From: a virus
DNA: 64,000 bases
Strand: one strand, 5' to 3'
IMG/VR virus record: IMGVR_UViG_2757320370_000007
Span: 9,719-73,718 of that record
Below are positions 44,449-57,659 of this stretch, piece after piece. The notes under the pieces were generated by a model, which had not been told where the DNA came from, did no database searches, and saw only the letters and a program-made list of their open reading frames with translations. Within the stretch, counting starts at the first letter, position 1, and each line of letters opens with the position of its first letter. The translations under genes were made by a program, and so were the position numbers.

Positions 44449-44995
44449 CACATTATATAACATTCAACCCCACAGGTAAAGGCGAAAAGAATCGATCCTT
44501 ATTTATCAGAAATCGACTCTTAGTTCATTAGAAATGTTATCCACTTTTTTCGTATTCAAACATGCTTCTAGTTGCCTTTGTGAGCAGCATTATCCCCTCT
44601 AGCTCTCCGTCTAGATACATTTCAAACTCTTGCCCTAAATATGGCACCAAGAGGATGTGGGCGGGAATGTTGCCATAGTTTCTAACGTGCTGCTCTCCGC
44701 TGGGCAATTCAAAACATGTGATAATTTTTGTCTCGCGTTCCGTTGTCTTCATATGTATGCGAAAAACAAAATCAGTCTTCACTGGAAACTCATACTTATT
44801 ATCTTTACTTTGTCTCTTGCTTTTGCTGATCTTTTTCATCTACATTCTCCTTTATATTGATCGTAAAGCGATACTTTTATGTCGTTTGAGAATCAGTTTC
44901 TAGAGTTGGGCATATTTCAATTATTATTCATTTTATATACTATTTTTTTAATAAGTGATAAAATAACTACATTAAATATATGGGGGAATTTGGTA

Positions 44996-45754
44996 ATGGG
45001 AAAAAATAAACTAATTGCGACATCTTTTTTAATGTTTGCTTTATTGATAGGATGCTCCAACACAAAACAAGCAACAAATGAAGTGATAATGGACAACGAT
45101 AGTAGTAGTGAATCTTTCTCAAACGAAAATTCTGTGCGCGCTTCAAAAAACTCTTCAATTGATGTTGAATTAAGTATTAGTGAAGATGTTGGAGCAGACA
45201 ACACTGTAACGTTTAATGGTGCGACCAATCTTCCAGATGGAATGGAATTAATGCTCAGTCTAAAGAGTGATTCGAGTTTTTATTCTGCGCAAGATAACGT
45301 TAGTGTTAAAGATGGATCATTTATAAGCGGTTCATTTTCTAACAATGGTAATGGTCTAGAGTCTGGAGAATACACTTTGGAAGCAACCTCTCCAACAGCA
45401 AATGTTCAACCACCCAATGTTAAAGAATTAATTGGTGATAACGGTTCAAACCTCAAAGGGGCCACTGTTAAGTCAGATGCTGTATGGGGAAATACTGTAT
45501 CAGTCACTAAAAATATTACTGTTGGCTCAACAAGTTCTGTGTATACAAAAGAAGAACTTCAAAGTGATTCAAAGGCCCCTTCAACAAATCCAGAAGATTA
45601 TGATAGCGATGGACAATTTGTTCCTGAGAATGGGATTAGTGATGAACCGGAAGATTATAATTTTGATGGCGAGTATAAACCTGTTGATGAAATGACACAA
45701 GAAGAAATTCAGGCAGAATTAGAAGAAATGTTGGGCGGATCTTTGGGTAATTAA
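44996..45754 (+). CDS. Lipoprotein, opposite orientation (moron-like)
   Basis: GGGGG RBS, MGKNK-hydrophobic-LIGC lipobox, Ser-rich linker, acidic tail with PEDY..DG repeat. Confidence 0.8.
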   Translation: MGKNKLIATSFLMFALLIGCSNTKQATNEVIMDNDSSSESFSNENSVRASKNSSIDVELSISEDVGADNTVTFNGATNLPDGMELMLSLKSDSSFYSAQDNVSVKDGSFISGSFSNNGNGLESGEYTLEATSPTANVQPPNVKELIGDNGSNLKGATVKSDAVWGNTVSVTKNITVGSTSSVYTKEELQSDSKAPSTNPEDYDSDGQFVPENGISDEPEDYNFDGEYKPVDEMTQEEIQAELEEMLGGSLGN

Positions 45755-45758
45755 ACCA

Positions 45759-45809
45759 AATCCATATGAAAGAATAGGAATTACTCGCCTCTTTTCTTTC
45801 TTATGGATT
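45759..45809. terminator. Hairpin between convergent genes
   Basis: AATCCATATGAAAGAA...TTCTTTCTTATGGATT imperfect inverted repeat. Confidence 0.6.
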
Positions 45810-48800
45810 ATTAAAAGCCCAATTTCATCCGATTACTTTTAGTCTTCTGTTATAAAATCTTTACACTCTTTAATTTCATTTGTATTATCAAAATCTCTTC
45901 TAACTTCGATATTGCTTGAATTGCAAAATTCTATACAGATATAATCGCCATCTCCAATATCCACATTGCACTCATGTTCGAAATGTTTGCAATTTAAACA
46001 AATACTATCAGTGTAAACCTTCATCTTAATTCTCCTTATCCATTAATTCTATTAGCATTTAAATTAAAGAGTGTCTATTCATTACCGCGATTATTAAGAA
46101 GATGACCAATGAACCCAAATAGTATTGCTTCAGAGAGATAGTCATCTTATTTAATTTATATAGCCACTTGATATGGTAGAACAGAATTAACATTGAAAAT
46201 AGCAAGCCCATGGCTATTTGTAAATAGTTGTGCAGCAAATAACTTCCTTCCTTTCTCTCTACTCAAAATTATATATTACTTTTTCAATCCAACGGTTCAA
46301 TTCATTCAAGGTCTGATTCTTTATTTCATCACATTCTTCATTTTCATCATCATTATAAGAACTATATTGTGCTCCATTTTTCATGTCTAAAATTTGATAA
46401 TATTGATAATCACAATCATTCACAACTCTCTTTACGTCTTCAATTGTATTAAACGCAGTGACGATATCATTTAATCCGCCCGATGGATAATATGCGTCAA
46501 AACCAAAAAGTATATATCTATTCAATTTCAAATCTCCTTTTCTCGATCAAATGTTCATTTTATTAAGAAATAGAAAAGCCAAATTTGTCAGTATAAAGAC
46601 ACGCTAACCACTCTGCACCAATTCGTATTCTCAAGTCCAAGTTTAGTGAATTTGCCAATTTTTCAAGGTCTTCATATTGCTCATATTCTTCAAGATACAT
46701 ATCATAAACTGGTTCACCTTTTCTCCCTGTCCCTGTATGTATTAAGCGATAAACTTCTTCAAATGGCTCAAGTTTTGCCTTTGCGTTTTCACCTATAAAT
46801 CTCCAGACTGTTTCCACTTTTAACTCATCCTTTCTCTTTAAAAAATGTAATTTATACGTTCATTTCAAATTTCTTTTCACCCAAATAAATAAGGGAAGTA
46901 ACAGAAGTGCATTGATGCATTAAATTGAAGAATTCATCCCCGTCTAACATATTTTTTTCAACCCACTCACCTTTTGAGATTGGATAGGAATCATACATCT
47001 CTCCGAAAAATCCTGCGGTTCCTGCGGGACCAAACTCATCTGCTCCATCATATTTGTCCGACCTAAATCCACCATCATAAAAGAGTATCACTTCTTTGTC
47101 TATACATTTATCTTCCAACAGCAACGGCAAACAACGTATTGCAGATGATATAGTGCCCAAATAATACGTTTTTTTATCTGATGGAACCGCCAATGAATAT
47201 GTATCTCCCATAAAATCTTCCTCATTTCTCCGTAAAGTATGTACTTCATTCAAACTTATTCATTTAGCACTCTTCCGCACATAGGACAGTAATTTATCTT
47301 AACACCATGTAATGAGAACTTAGCATTCCAATCTCCAATTTCACTGTCCTCCAGGTAATTGCAACTATTTATAAATACTGAATAGTCTCCCTTACCGCTA
47401 CTCATTAGGCACTTTCTATCTATCAGGGGTTTTTCAGTGCAATAATAACATATTTCCTTGGTTTTACCTTCTTCAATAAAGCTTAACATATCGTCCATTG
47501 CTTGGATTCTTCCTTCGCTCCTAAATGCATCTTCAGACATGATTTGATGATAGTTTAAAATATCGACCACCTCTCTTGCACGTTTCTTATAATCGTTCGC
47601 CCAGGCTATTAATTCTTCAATCATTCTCACTCCTCTCCATATGATTTGATCAATTTTTTAGTTGCTTGAATACCCCAATCTAATCTTTCGTTTTCTTTCT
47701 GGCACTTTGCTCTCCATTTCTGTAACTCTTTCTTCGTCTTGTCTTCGATACTTATTCCACGCATCGCATCAATAAGGGTCAATTTAATATCTACTCTGTC
47801 CTGTTGGTTTACTCCTGGTATGTATAATTCAATGACGGAATTGCACTTATCGATAATTCTTACATTTTTAATTCCCCATTTTCCTAATTCTATCATTGCT
47901 CTCCTCCATTATGTTTATCAATTTCAGCAGCCACGTCCAACATCTCTTTAGAAATCTCTCTCAATTTGTCGGCAGTCCTAGCTGTTCCTCCACGACCACC
48001 AAAATTCAATCCACTATGTAATATGTATGAATGATTTGACGAATCTTTGTTACCTTCGTTTTTCTTAATTGTTCCAGATACAAAGTTTCCTTTTACGATA
48101 ATCTCATTGCTAAACAAATTCATCTCTCCTTAGATTACTTCTCCGTCATATGGATTATCCATTTTGGCAATGTAGACTTTCTTTTCTAGATCATACTCCA
48201 TATAAGCAAATGGATGCTTTTTGTCAGTCTGATAAATTTCCGGTTCAATCGTTAGCTTTGGATTATAATAACAGTCATCGTATACTTCAATATAAACACC
48301 AGTTTCCTCTGACAATTGATTTAGTTTATCTAAAAATAATTTATACTTCTCTACAGTTATCATTAACCTTTCATCCTCTCTCTCATGAATTTGCTGTTGC
48401 ATTAGCACTCTTTAACTTCTACAGAAATGAGTACAAATTTCCCGATGTACTGAGCTAACATGTTTTCAATATTATGTCCTCCAATAGTCAGGTTCTCTGT
48501 ACTAAGATAGGATATCGTCAATTCTGAATATCCAATCCAATCTACCTGAACATCTAACTCTCCCATTGAACTTAAAATCTGAAAGTTAATTGCCTCATTA
48601 AGCGTAAATTCTTTTTCATTTAGGTAAATTTGAATAAAGACTAGAGGTGATGAAAAGTGTTTGAAAATCCCATCACCACCAATTTCTTTTCGGTGATAAT
48701 CACCTTCATAGTCTGGGAATTCAATATCAGTTAGTTGGTTTGCTATGTATTCACCCAAATTTGTTCCATTGATGCTAATACCATGGTGGTCTTTCTCAAT

Positions 48801-50899
48801 GATTCCACTTATAATTATTTTACCATTTACCATTTTTCAACCTCTTCTTCCGAAACAACACTAAACCCAAAGTTGACAGTACCCATTCTATTAACATAAG
48901 CATCTTCATCGGCTTTATAAATGTAATCTTGTCCTCCATATCTAAAAACATCGTCTTTCTTAATATTTTCAGGTTCTATCTTATACCACTCCTGATTTTT
49001 CAGCACTTCTATTTCCATTCTCGGCACCTCTCTCATTCTTTATTATTCTTCCTTTTAACTCATCTTACTCATTCGTTAACCACATGAACCTGATCAGGTG
49101 TAAACATTGCATAAATTCTCATCCTGTTTTTCTTTATAATCTCCATCTCTTGTCCAAGTAACTTCTTTATGGCTATTGCTTTGATTTTGGAACTTCCATC
49201 CCAGTTCATTCATCGTTGCAGCATGGACTAAATAATCTTCGAATGACTCATATTCAAACACTCTAATTTCAAACTTCATTTTTGTCATTTAAACACCTCT
49301 CTCATTCTCCTGTTTTCTACCATATTGTCGGTTTTACTTACCAGGGAACCCGATGAAACACGCATTTCATCGTACCAATAGGCCATCTTTAACATCCATT
49401 CCATTACCATCAATAATTCGTCCTTCCCCGTCAGTGATTTTAAAACCTGCCTCTTCAAATAATTCTGTTAATTCATCTTCAGTTATATTATTTAAAATTT
49501 TTTCAGCTCTTTCATATGGTGAATTCATAGTATCCTCCTGCCATGGTTCCCACACATACAACCCATGACCGTCACCCACCATTTTATATAAATCCGAACT
49601 GTGATCTCCTGAGAATCGTTCATTCAAAAAATCAACGATAGCCTCTCCATAATATTCGTTCACGTTCTCACAAACCAACTTGTCGTCAACAGACTCTCTA
49701 TCATAATTACCTACATTAATAATCTTCACTCTTCATTCCTCTCCTTTCTTTTCTAAATTCATTAAAGTAATCCAATCAACTCTAACTTGATTATATTTTT
49801 AGTTTCATCATCCGCAATGTTATAGTATTCCTTTAATTCCTTAACCTTATGTATCGCGTCCCATTTTTGAATATCTTTATTAATATTACTCAGTCTATTT
49901 GCAGCATTCTCAACATCCTCGATAGTAGTCCTGCTTCGGATAGTAAATTTGTTAAGATAGGACCCATCTCCATTGAGAGTTCTCATCTTCATCATTAAAA
50001 TGATCTTCTCTAATTCATATGGATTAGGTTGTTTCATTATTTCACACCTCCATGAATAACGTTAGTCAGCTTCTTAGTTCCAGTACCAAAATACTCTCCA
50101 GCACTTTTAAACTCTGTGTATGTAACTGGATCAAATCCTTGTGATCGTGCATGATTGCAATAGCGACCATACTTCTCTTGTGCGAAATAGCGTTTGTCTT
50201 CTTTCATTTCCCGATATGTAATCATTTGTTTAACCCATCCTTCCTGAACAACCCTACTCGATAAAACATAGAACTGTCACCGTGCATTATAATTGCACCA
50301 TGTGTAACATTGCATTTTGGGCAACTCAAATGTGTAACTCTTTTGTATAAACGAACATGTCGCCAATCTTAAATATCCGTTTCTAAATCATAACAATTAC
50401 AAGTCACTATGTAGCCCATTTCAACCCTCTTCCCCAACACCTCATTACTGGATTCACAATGATCATCTCTTTGATATCAACATCATACACGGGAGGCTCC
50501 CCATATGATCCTTCACTCATACACACAAAATCTCCGGCCTCAATTAATACATTTATGTATTTTGCACCAAAATCTTTTTCTGTGAAATGAACCCTATATT
50601 TATAGTCATTCGGATACTTTAAGTGTGATGGATGTAAAACTTCAGGATAACTCACCTGAATTTTTCCATAATCATAATTCAATCCCACTTCCCCCTCTTG
50701 TCTGTTCTTACATTATCGTAATTAATGGCCCAATGCTCACAAAGTCTTCGATCTATCTTATTTCTCATACGATTATTTTTAGTCTTAAACATCAAGTAAA
50801 TTAGCTGCTGCTCTTTTTTATAACTTAACTTGCAGCACTTTCTCAATCTTTTAGGCAACTTTTGACACTGTTGATTTGTTAACTGTATTCTGATCACCT

Positions 50900-51358
50900 C
50901 TAATTAAATTTATACAATGTGACTTCATAATCCTCAAATACTTCATCAATCATCTTATAAACTTCGTTCCAATCAGCCCCACCACGATCTGAACCCATTT
51001 TAAAAGGTAGCGCTACTGTAAGTTTTTTCGATTTTGAATAATCCCTTAACTTGTATAGTGCAACCTCTAATGCTAATAAATTCGTATGTTGTTTATCTCT
51101 TCCGAATCCATGTTGTCCAAAAAGATTAGCAACACTCTTCATGTCACAGGATATGATTTGACACTCACCAAGTAAGCCTGTAGCATATTTACCTTCTAGA
51201 CACCTAAGACCATATCCAGCAAATACATGAGGATATCTATTCTTGATTTGGAGAGCCAAACCTGATCCCATCATGCCCTTACAATTTACTTGGTGGCCTA
51301 TAATGTCTTCAGTTGCATCAAGCAGATTGCCTTCTATAATCTTAATCATCCAATTCAT
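50900..51358 (-). CDS. Macro domain (ADP-ribose processing) protein
   Basis: IEGNLL, HQVNC.GMMGSGLA, ANLFGQ, PFKMGS.RGG.DW. Confidence 0.85.
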   Translation of the reverse strand: MNWMIKIIEGNLLDATEDIIGHQVNCKGMMGSGLALQIKNRYPHVFAGYGLRCLEGKYATGLLGECQIISCDMKSVANLFGQHGFGRDKQHTNLLALEVALYKLRDYSKSKKLTVALPFKMGSDRGGADWNEVYKMIDEVFEDYEVTLYKFN

Positions 51359-51543
51359 CCACCCTATGTTTTCTTATTTTCACCACATCTTCTTCATAGT
51401 CATACCAAATATCAAGTACGTCTCCCCCACCAACATCCAGAAGTTTTCTTAATTCTTTTGGTATCACGACTCTACCTAAATCATCTAATCTTCTTACTGC
51501 TTTGCTACTTATCACAATTATCCCTCCTCATGAAACGTGCCTT

Positions 51544-52236
51544 TTACAGAATTTTGATCTTATCGTTGTACAACAACCTTTGATTATCTGGCAGTTCATC
51601 ATCATGATGAAAATGTCCAAAGAACCATTTTTCATATTCCAATTTGGACTTAATCACGTTAAAGTATTTATGCATCTGGTCAAGTTCAACGTTGGTGTTG
51701 TATCGCTGTATAATCCACGTCAGAGCATCATGAGAACATGTGTGAGTCAAGACATAATCGACAACCCAATGATTCTTATCCAAGTTTCTAATACCTTCTT
51801 GATATTCCTCAGAGCTAGGCATTTCACGTTCCCACCAAGATACATCAACCTTGCGATACTCTTTGTCATGTGAAGCAGACCCACCAAATGTGAAGAATTT
51901 CTTTCCTTCGATTTCGAATACTTGACCTCGCATTAAATGGATTATACTCGGCGTAATATGATGGACGTTACCACCATTCCATTCTGATACAGGATAAGAT
52001 TCCAGGAGATTAAAATTCTCATGATTCCCATCAATAAAAAGCGTAGTCCAAGGTTTATTTGTGAGCCACTTCAGCCAGAAACGATCTTCAGCGTCATCAG
52101 CCCATAGCAAGCCAAAGTCACCAACAATAATGATATAATCCTGTTTGGTTAGAGTCTTGCCTTGAGGGAAGTTCTTTGTGTTAAATCGACTACCTACACT
52201 TACTGAACCGTGAATGTCTCCTGTTATGTAGATCAT
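51544..52236 (-). CDS. Calcineurin-like metallophosphoesterase
   Basis: GDIHG, GDFG, DGNHE, THTC, GHFH. Confidence 0.9.
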   Translation of the reverse strand: MIYITGDIHGSVSVGSRFNTKNFPQGKTLTKQDYIIIVGDFGLLWADDAEDRFWLKWLTNKPWTTLFIDGNHENFNLLESYPVSEWNGGNVHHITPSIIHLMRGQVFEIEGKKFFTFGGSASHDKEYRKVDVSWWEREMPSSEEYQEGIRNLDKNHWVVDYVLTHTCSHDALTWIIQRYNTNVELDQMHKYFNVIKSKLEYEKWFFGHFHHDDELPDNQRLLYNDKIKIL

Positions 52237-53332
52237 ACTTTAGGTCTCCCCTTCACCATTAAACTTTGTCGAATAACTTCATAAACTCGTCTTTCTTTGA
52301 CGTTGCATCAATGGTCAACTTTGCAATTTCAGAATTCCTTCCCCATGATGATAATACGGTTGTCATAGCACTTATCTCTTTATCTACCTGCTTATCAAAC
52401 ATGTCAATGATTTTCTTGTATTGTGTCTCAGATATCTTTCTCAACTTATCATCACTCCTCTTAGATTGTTATTTCTCTTGCATAGATAAGTTCATCTTCT
52501 GTTGGATAATCATTTATTATATTTTGATATCCCCAAATCAACTCATGAAATATATCTTCATCTTTCTTCTTCAGTTCTTCAACTAATTTCAAATATCCAT
52601 CCACTTCACAGCGAGTAATTTTGGTTGATAATTCAATCTGCTTTGTTGGTATACAATCAAGTTCTTGGTAACTGTACTTGCATACTTCTGATTTGTCGCA
52701 CCATTCACATGAACAGTCTGCCATATAAATTCTCCTTTCGCATCATAAAATAGACCTTTTATGTTCTAGCCTTCATGCACTTCAATTCTGCTCATATACA
52801 GTCCACAGAGTAATTCAAAGTTTTGTTCAGATTCTGAGTCTAAAAACACTTCATCTTTTTTTAAATCTGCCATTGCTTTATCGAACACCGTTTTCGCAGT
52901 TCTTTCTTCCATGTAATGTCCATGACTTTTTTCTGCTTTACTCCACTCATCATATTCATGAACGTGCCAAATCTCCATTGCATATCTCCCTTCTAAATGA
53001 AAGAACTATTTCAAGTTATCACAATGATTATCTTTATCCGTTCTAAGTAGAATCTCCAATGTCTTCTGAATTTTTTGTAAAGTGTTTTTAATATTGTCTT
53101 TTCTGTTTTCTTCATTAAATGTAATCGATAACTGAACATCAATTACCATTTTGTCGTTTCCAATGTCAATCTTTTTATAATCAAAGCCAAACGTCTCATG
53201 TGTATTATTCTCTGCTAGTATTTCATCATAAATTCGCTTACTCCAATATTCTCTACTCATTTCTTTTTCTGCTTTATCCATGCGTATTATCCCCCTCTAT
53301 AAACTCATAGGTGGTATATAACCACTACAGTC

Positions 53333-53375
53333 ATTATACCACCCATAAATTAATATGTATATGTTTACTTTATAA
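53333..53375 (-). promoter_or_regulatory. Promoter with operator
   Basis: TTATAAAGTAAACA/TATACA-17-TATAAT (TG-extended). Confidence 0.7.
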
Positions 53376-53377
53376 GA

Positions 53378-54133
53378 TTACTCTGTGATTTTCCAATCGT
53401 ATTTCTCTCCCTGTTTGCTCAATTGAATTGCAGTAACTTCTCTTTCTTGATCATCTTTATAAACCACTTTACCATTTTTATCTTCCGAAATGAACAGATT
53501 CTTTTTAAGTTCTCCCCAGGCAACCTTAATGTCTCGCTTGATGAATTTTGACTCGTATTCACCGTATAAAGTAAATAAATCAGATAGTTTGATTCCAGAC
53601 TTATCACTCGCTTTAATATTATCTATAAGGTCTTCAAGATCTGAAACAGGAATGTCTTCAGAGTAGTTAGTATTCACCCATTGAACTAATTGTTCCTCAT
53701 CTTTGGTAATCTCGGGCTGCTGAGTACGACAAGTAAGATTTCGGTATGGTAATTTAATGGTCTGGCTAAGTTTCTTTTCTTTCTTACCTTTTGCAACCAA
53801 TTCTTTATTTTCTTCTTTTTCAGATCGAACCAATTTTTCATGCCACAAATGAAGATGTGTTTTAAAAAATGTAATTCCATTAACATCATTTCTTGTTGAG
53901 TTTTCTTTCCACACTTTCAACTTTTCAATCTTAGCTTCCAAAGCAGCAATATTATTATCTGCAATGGCCTCAATACTGGAAATTTTAACTTCTTTTTCGT
54001 GAATCATTCCATCGGCCCATACAGCTCCAGATAAATCTTTCACACTCCATGATTCATCTTGCATGTAATGTACCGTTTCGTCCTGATCCTCAATTAACTC
54101 TTCTGCTTCATTCTGATAATTGTATGCTGTCAT
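53378..54133 (-). CDS. Mu Gam-like host-nuclease inhibitor
   Basis: Helical N-terminus, TIKLPYRNLTCRTQQP, VAWGELKK. Confidence 0.65.
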   Translation of the reverse strand: MTAYNYQNEAEELIEDQDETVHYMQDESWSVKDLSGAVWADGMIHEKEVKISSIEAIADNNIAALEAKIEKLKVWKENSTRNDVNGITFFKTHLHLWHEKLVRSEKEENKELVAKGKKEKKLSQTIKLPYRNLTCRTQQPEITKDEEQLVQWVNTNYSEDIPVSDLEDLIDNIKASDKSGIKLSDLFTLYGEYESKFIKRDIKVAWGELKKNLFISEDKNGKVVYKDDQEREVTAIQLSKQGEKYDWKITE

Positions 54134-55336
54134 TATTAAATTTCTCCCTTAATATATGTATTTTTACTTATTAAACTTAATATTATTTTCTTGCATGAAG
54201 TCCTCTAGAATTGTTCTTTGATCATTTGTTAATTCCAATTCATATGTATAAATCGTTCTATCTTTTGGCAATGGTTTGTTGATTTCATTGTATTCAACAG
54301 TATTAATCCCATCGACCCAATATAGTCTGTCTCCGATATCTTGTTTGGCACTTCCTATTTCTGCTTGAATTTCAACATCATAGAACTTGTCTCCGATCTT
54401 ACAAATCAAACTCACTTCGTCCTCGTAGTATCCTTGACCACAATTGAAGAATTCGCGCCCGCAATCTTCGAAATATTCTACAATTTCACTTTTATCAGTT
54501 AGATATTTCGACTCGTATACGTCATAATCTTCTTGTAAGTACTTTTCCATCGTTTTTCTCCCTTAATATGTATTGTTATTACCGTGAAACCTATCATTTA
54601 TCTAATTCCTTTGATCTCTCACATATTTATGTATATCAACCAACTCCCTAAATTTCCTCTTGTTCATCATTTCATCAATCTCATCCATCATCTGATACAT
54701 GGACTCCTGGAAGTCTTTCCGTAGAGATGACGGACAATCCAATTCATTTGGAGCTGCTGCCTCATGACCTTCTTGGCTTTCATGGCAACACGACTCAAAC
54801 GCATTCCACAGACAGTGTGTATTGTTACACTTCATCATTCTCCACCTTTCTACGTCCGTGCCTTCCTGCCGCCAAATCGTCTAGCATTGCACTGGAAGCA
54901 TATCCATTAGCAGTTCTCCAGAAAATTATATCGGCAGTTGGATAAACACCGTTGCCACAATTAGGGCAACATCTCTTTGGATTAGTCTTTTTAAACTTCA
55001 CAACCCTTGGTTTGTTTCCCTTCCATCCACAATTACACATCAATCTAATTGGTTCTGGCTGGTTGTGATATTTCTTAAATAGTTCTCCTGATACCATTAA
55101 CTACACCTCTCATATCCTTTTAAAAGTTATATTTCACCATACTATTAGTACCAATCTGGAGCATATCGTTCACTTGCCTCTTTTATCTTTACTTTTTCTT
55201 CTAAACATTTTTCACAGAAATATGTATCGACTCTTTTAAAGTAATCAGTCCAGCCGTTTGATTGTCTTGTTTTTTTAGTATCTAAATGAATAAATTTATG
55301 TTCACAACTCAGAACTTTCACCTCTTTTTTATCAAA

Positions 55337-55903
<567 letters not shown>

Positions 55904-56055
55904 TCACGTTTTGATTAGATTATGTCACCATCGCCAAAGATCAAAGCAAATAAGAAAGCTCCACCGCCACCAAGCAAAAGAGTGGCAGCAACACCTACAA
56001 AGAAACTGTTCCAATCAATACTATTGATAAATTCTTGCATGTTTATATCTCCTTC

Positions 56056-56763
56056 CTATGATCCAAAATGTTCTAATTGATTATTCTCCAGAATCTCAAT
56101 CTCTCGCTCACTAAATCCAACATCATTAAGCCTCAGAAGCATCTTACTGATCTCTTTATTGCTCACTGTCATTCCTCTCTCCACGAATCGAGGAAGTCTT
56201 ACAATGGTTCCTACAATATCTCTGGCTCTGCCTTTGTTGTAGTAAATCTTACTTCCACTAACAAACTTCCAATCACTCAGACAGACGACTTTGCCATCTC
56301 TCCAATAGGTCATATTGTGTAAAAAATCAAATTGATTAATCACTTCCTCAGGCTTGCCAACCCATTGAGTAATGATCTGGTATTTGCCCAAAGTAATTGC
56401 ATTTTGAGTAATAGTCATATTGATGCCATTGTACAATCCACCGCTTCGCACTTCACCTGTATAAGTTGCCTGTTTAAGAAAATAATCTCTAAGTCTTTCA
56501 ACTAAATAGTTTGACTCCACAAAAAAATCATAATCCTTTGGTTCCTTGCCATGATAGAGACTGTAAATGCAGCCTCCAGATATGTACGATTTATCAAAGA
56601 ATTCTTTTTGCAATTCTTCAGGTAATAGTTTAATGAGATTATCTTTAACATACAGAAGTTCATTGTTGATCTTATTGATCTTTTCATTATGTATTTGCTC
56701 TGATGTCTTATATGTATTTTTTAAAATTCCTATCTTCAACAGCAGTTGTTTAATTAGTTTCAC
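56056..56763 (-). CDS. Nucleotidyltransferase-like protein, paralog of 34419..35270
   Basis: YISGGCIYSL..PKDYDFF..NAITL..FDFLH..RFVERG. Confidence 0.65.
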   Translation of the reverse strand: MKLIKQLLLKIGILKNTYKTSEQIHNEKINKINNELLYVKDNLIKLLPEELQKEFFDKSYISGGCIYSLYHGKEPKDYDFFVESNYLVERLRDYFLKQATYTGEVRSGGLYNGINMTITQNAITLGKYQIITQWVGKPEEVINQFDFLHNMTYWRDGKVVCLSDWKFVSGSKIYYNKGRARDIVGTIVRLPRFVERGMTVSNKEISKMLLRLNDVGFSEREIEILENNQLEHFGS

Positions 56764-57290
56764 TCTGTTCTCCTCTCAATTTCTTAATCAAATTCTCCTT
56801 TCATTCAAACATCATATGACTAAAACCTTTTTCTTCATTAATTCCCCAATGTTCAAATTGAGATTTAACTGTTTGATCTTTTGAAACAACTATGTATAAA
56901 TCGCCCAACTTACTGAGATAAGAGTCTTGTGCTTCATTAACATATTCAGAATCCCCTACCCAGTCTACATAGAATTCATCTTTTGTTTCATCGTCATAAA
57001 TCAAATTCACTGAACAAATATCTCCGTTCGATAGTCGTTCGAAGGCGTTGTGTTTATATTCTTCGATATCAAACGCAAAATAATCTTTATTAGCGTGTTT
57101 GCTAATCGCAATTGAAAATAGATCACAAGTAGTCATATGCGTAATACTTTGATAATGTTTTGTAATATGATTTTTCAAATCTCTTACTTGAAAATTGCCT
57201 ATGTGTTTGCCCTCAATGATCAATACTTCACAATTTTCTAATCCAAACTCAACCGAAGTTATTTTCTTCAATTAATCTCCTCCCCTTTGT

Positions 57291-57659
57291 CTAGCAGAAT
57301 GTCCCAATATTCCGTCTCACCGTAAAATTGTTATTATCCAATTCTTCAATCAACTGTTCAACACTCACAATTCCATTATATTTATTTTTTATCTCATCAA
57401 TCAAAACATTCAATGCCTTATCGGGCTTGCTTTTCTTTGTTTCAGGCTCACTTACCAATATATACTTCGTCAAACCGCCAGCCAATTCTTCAACATTGAT
57501 TTCGTAACCAGCAACATACATCTCCTGGATTCTGGCACTGTATCGCAGAGCAACCTTGACCAAATCCACATTGGTTACACCACTATTCCCGGCAGACCGA
57601 AGCAGATTGAGAATCTTTAGTCGTTGTGATTCAGTTCTAACTTTAGTTTCAGATTTCAT
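57291..57659 (-). CDS. Winged-helix DNA-binding protein
   Basis: QRLKILNLL..GVTN..RYSARIQEM..GYEI. Confidence 0.65.
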   Translation of the reverse strand: MKSETKVRTESQRLKILNLLRSAGNSGVTNVDLVKVALRYSARIQEMYVAGYEINVEELAGGLTKYILVSEPETKKSKPDKALNVLIDEIKNKYNGIVSVEQLIEELDNNNFTVRRNIGTFC

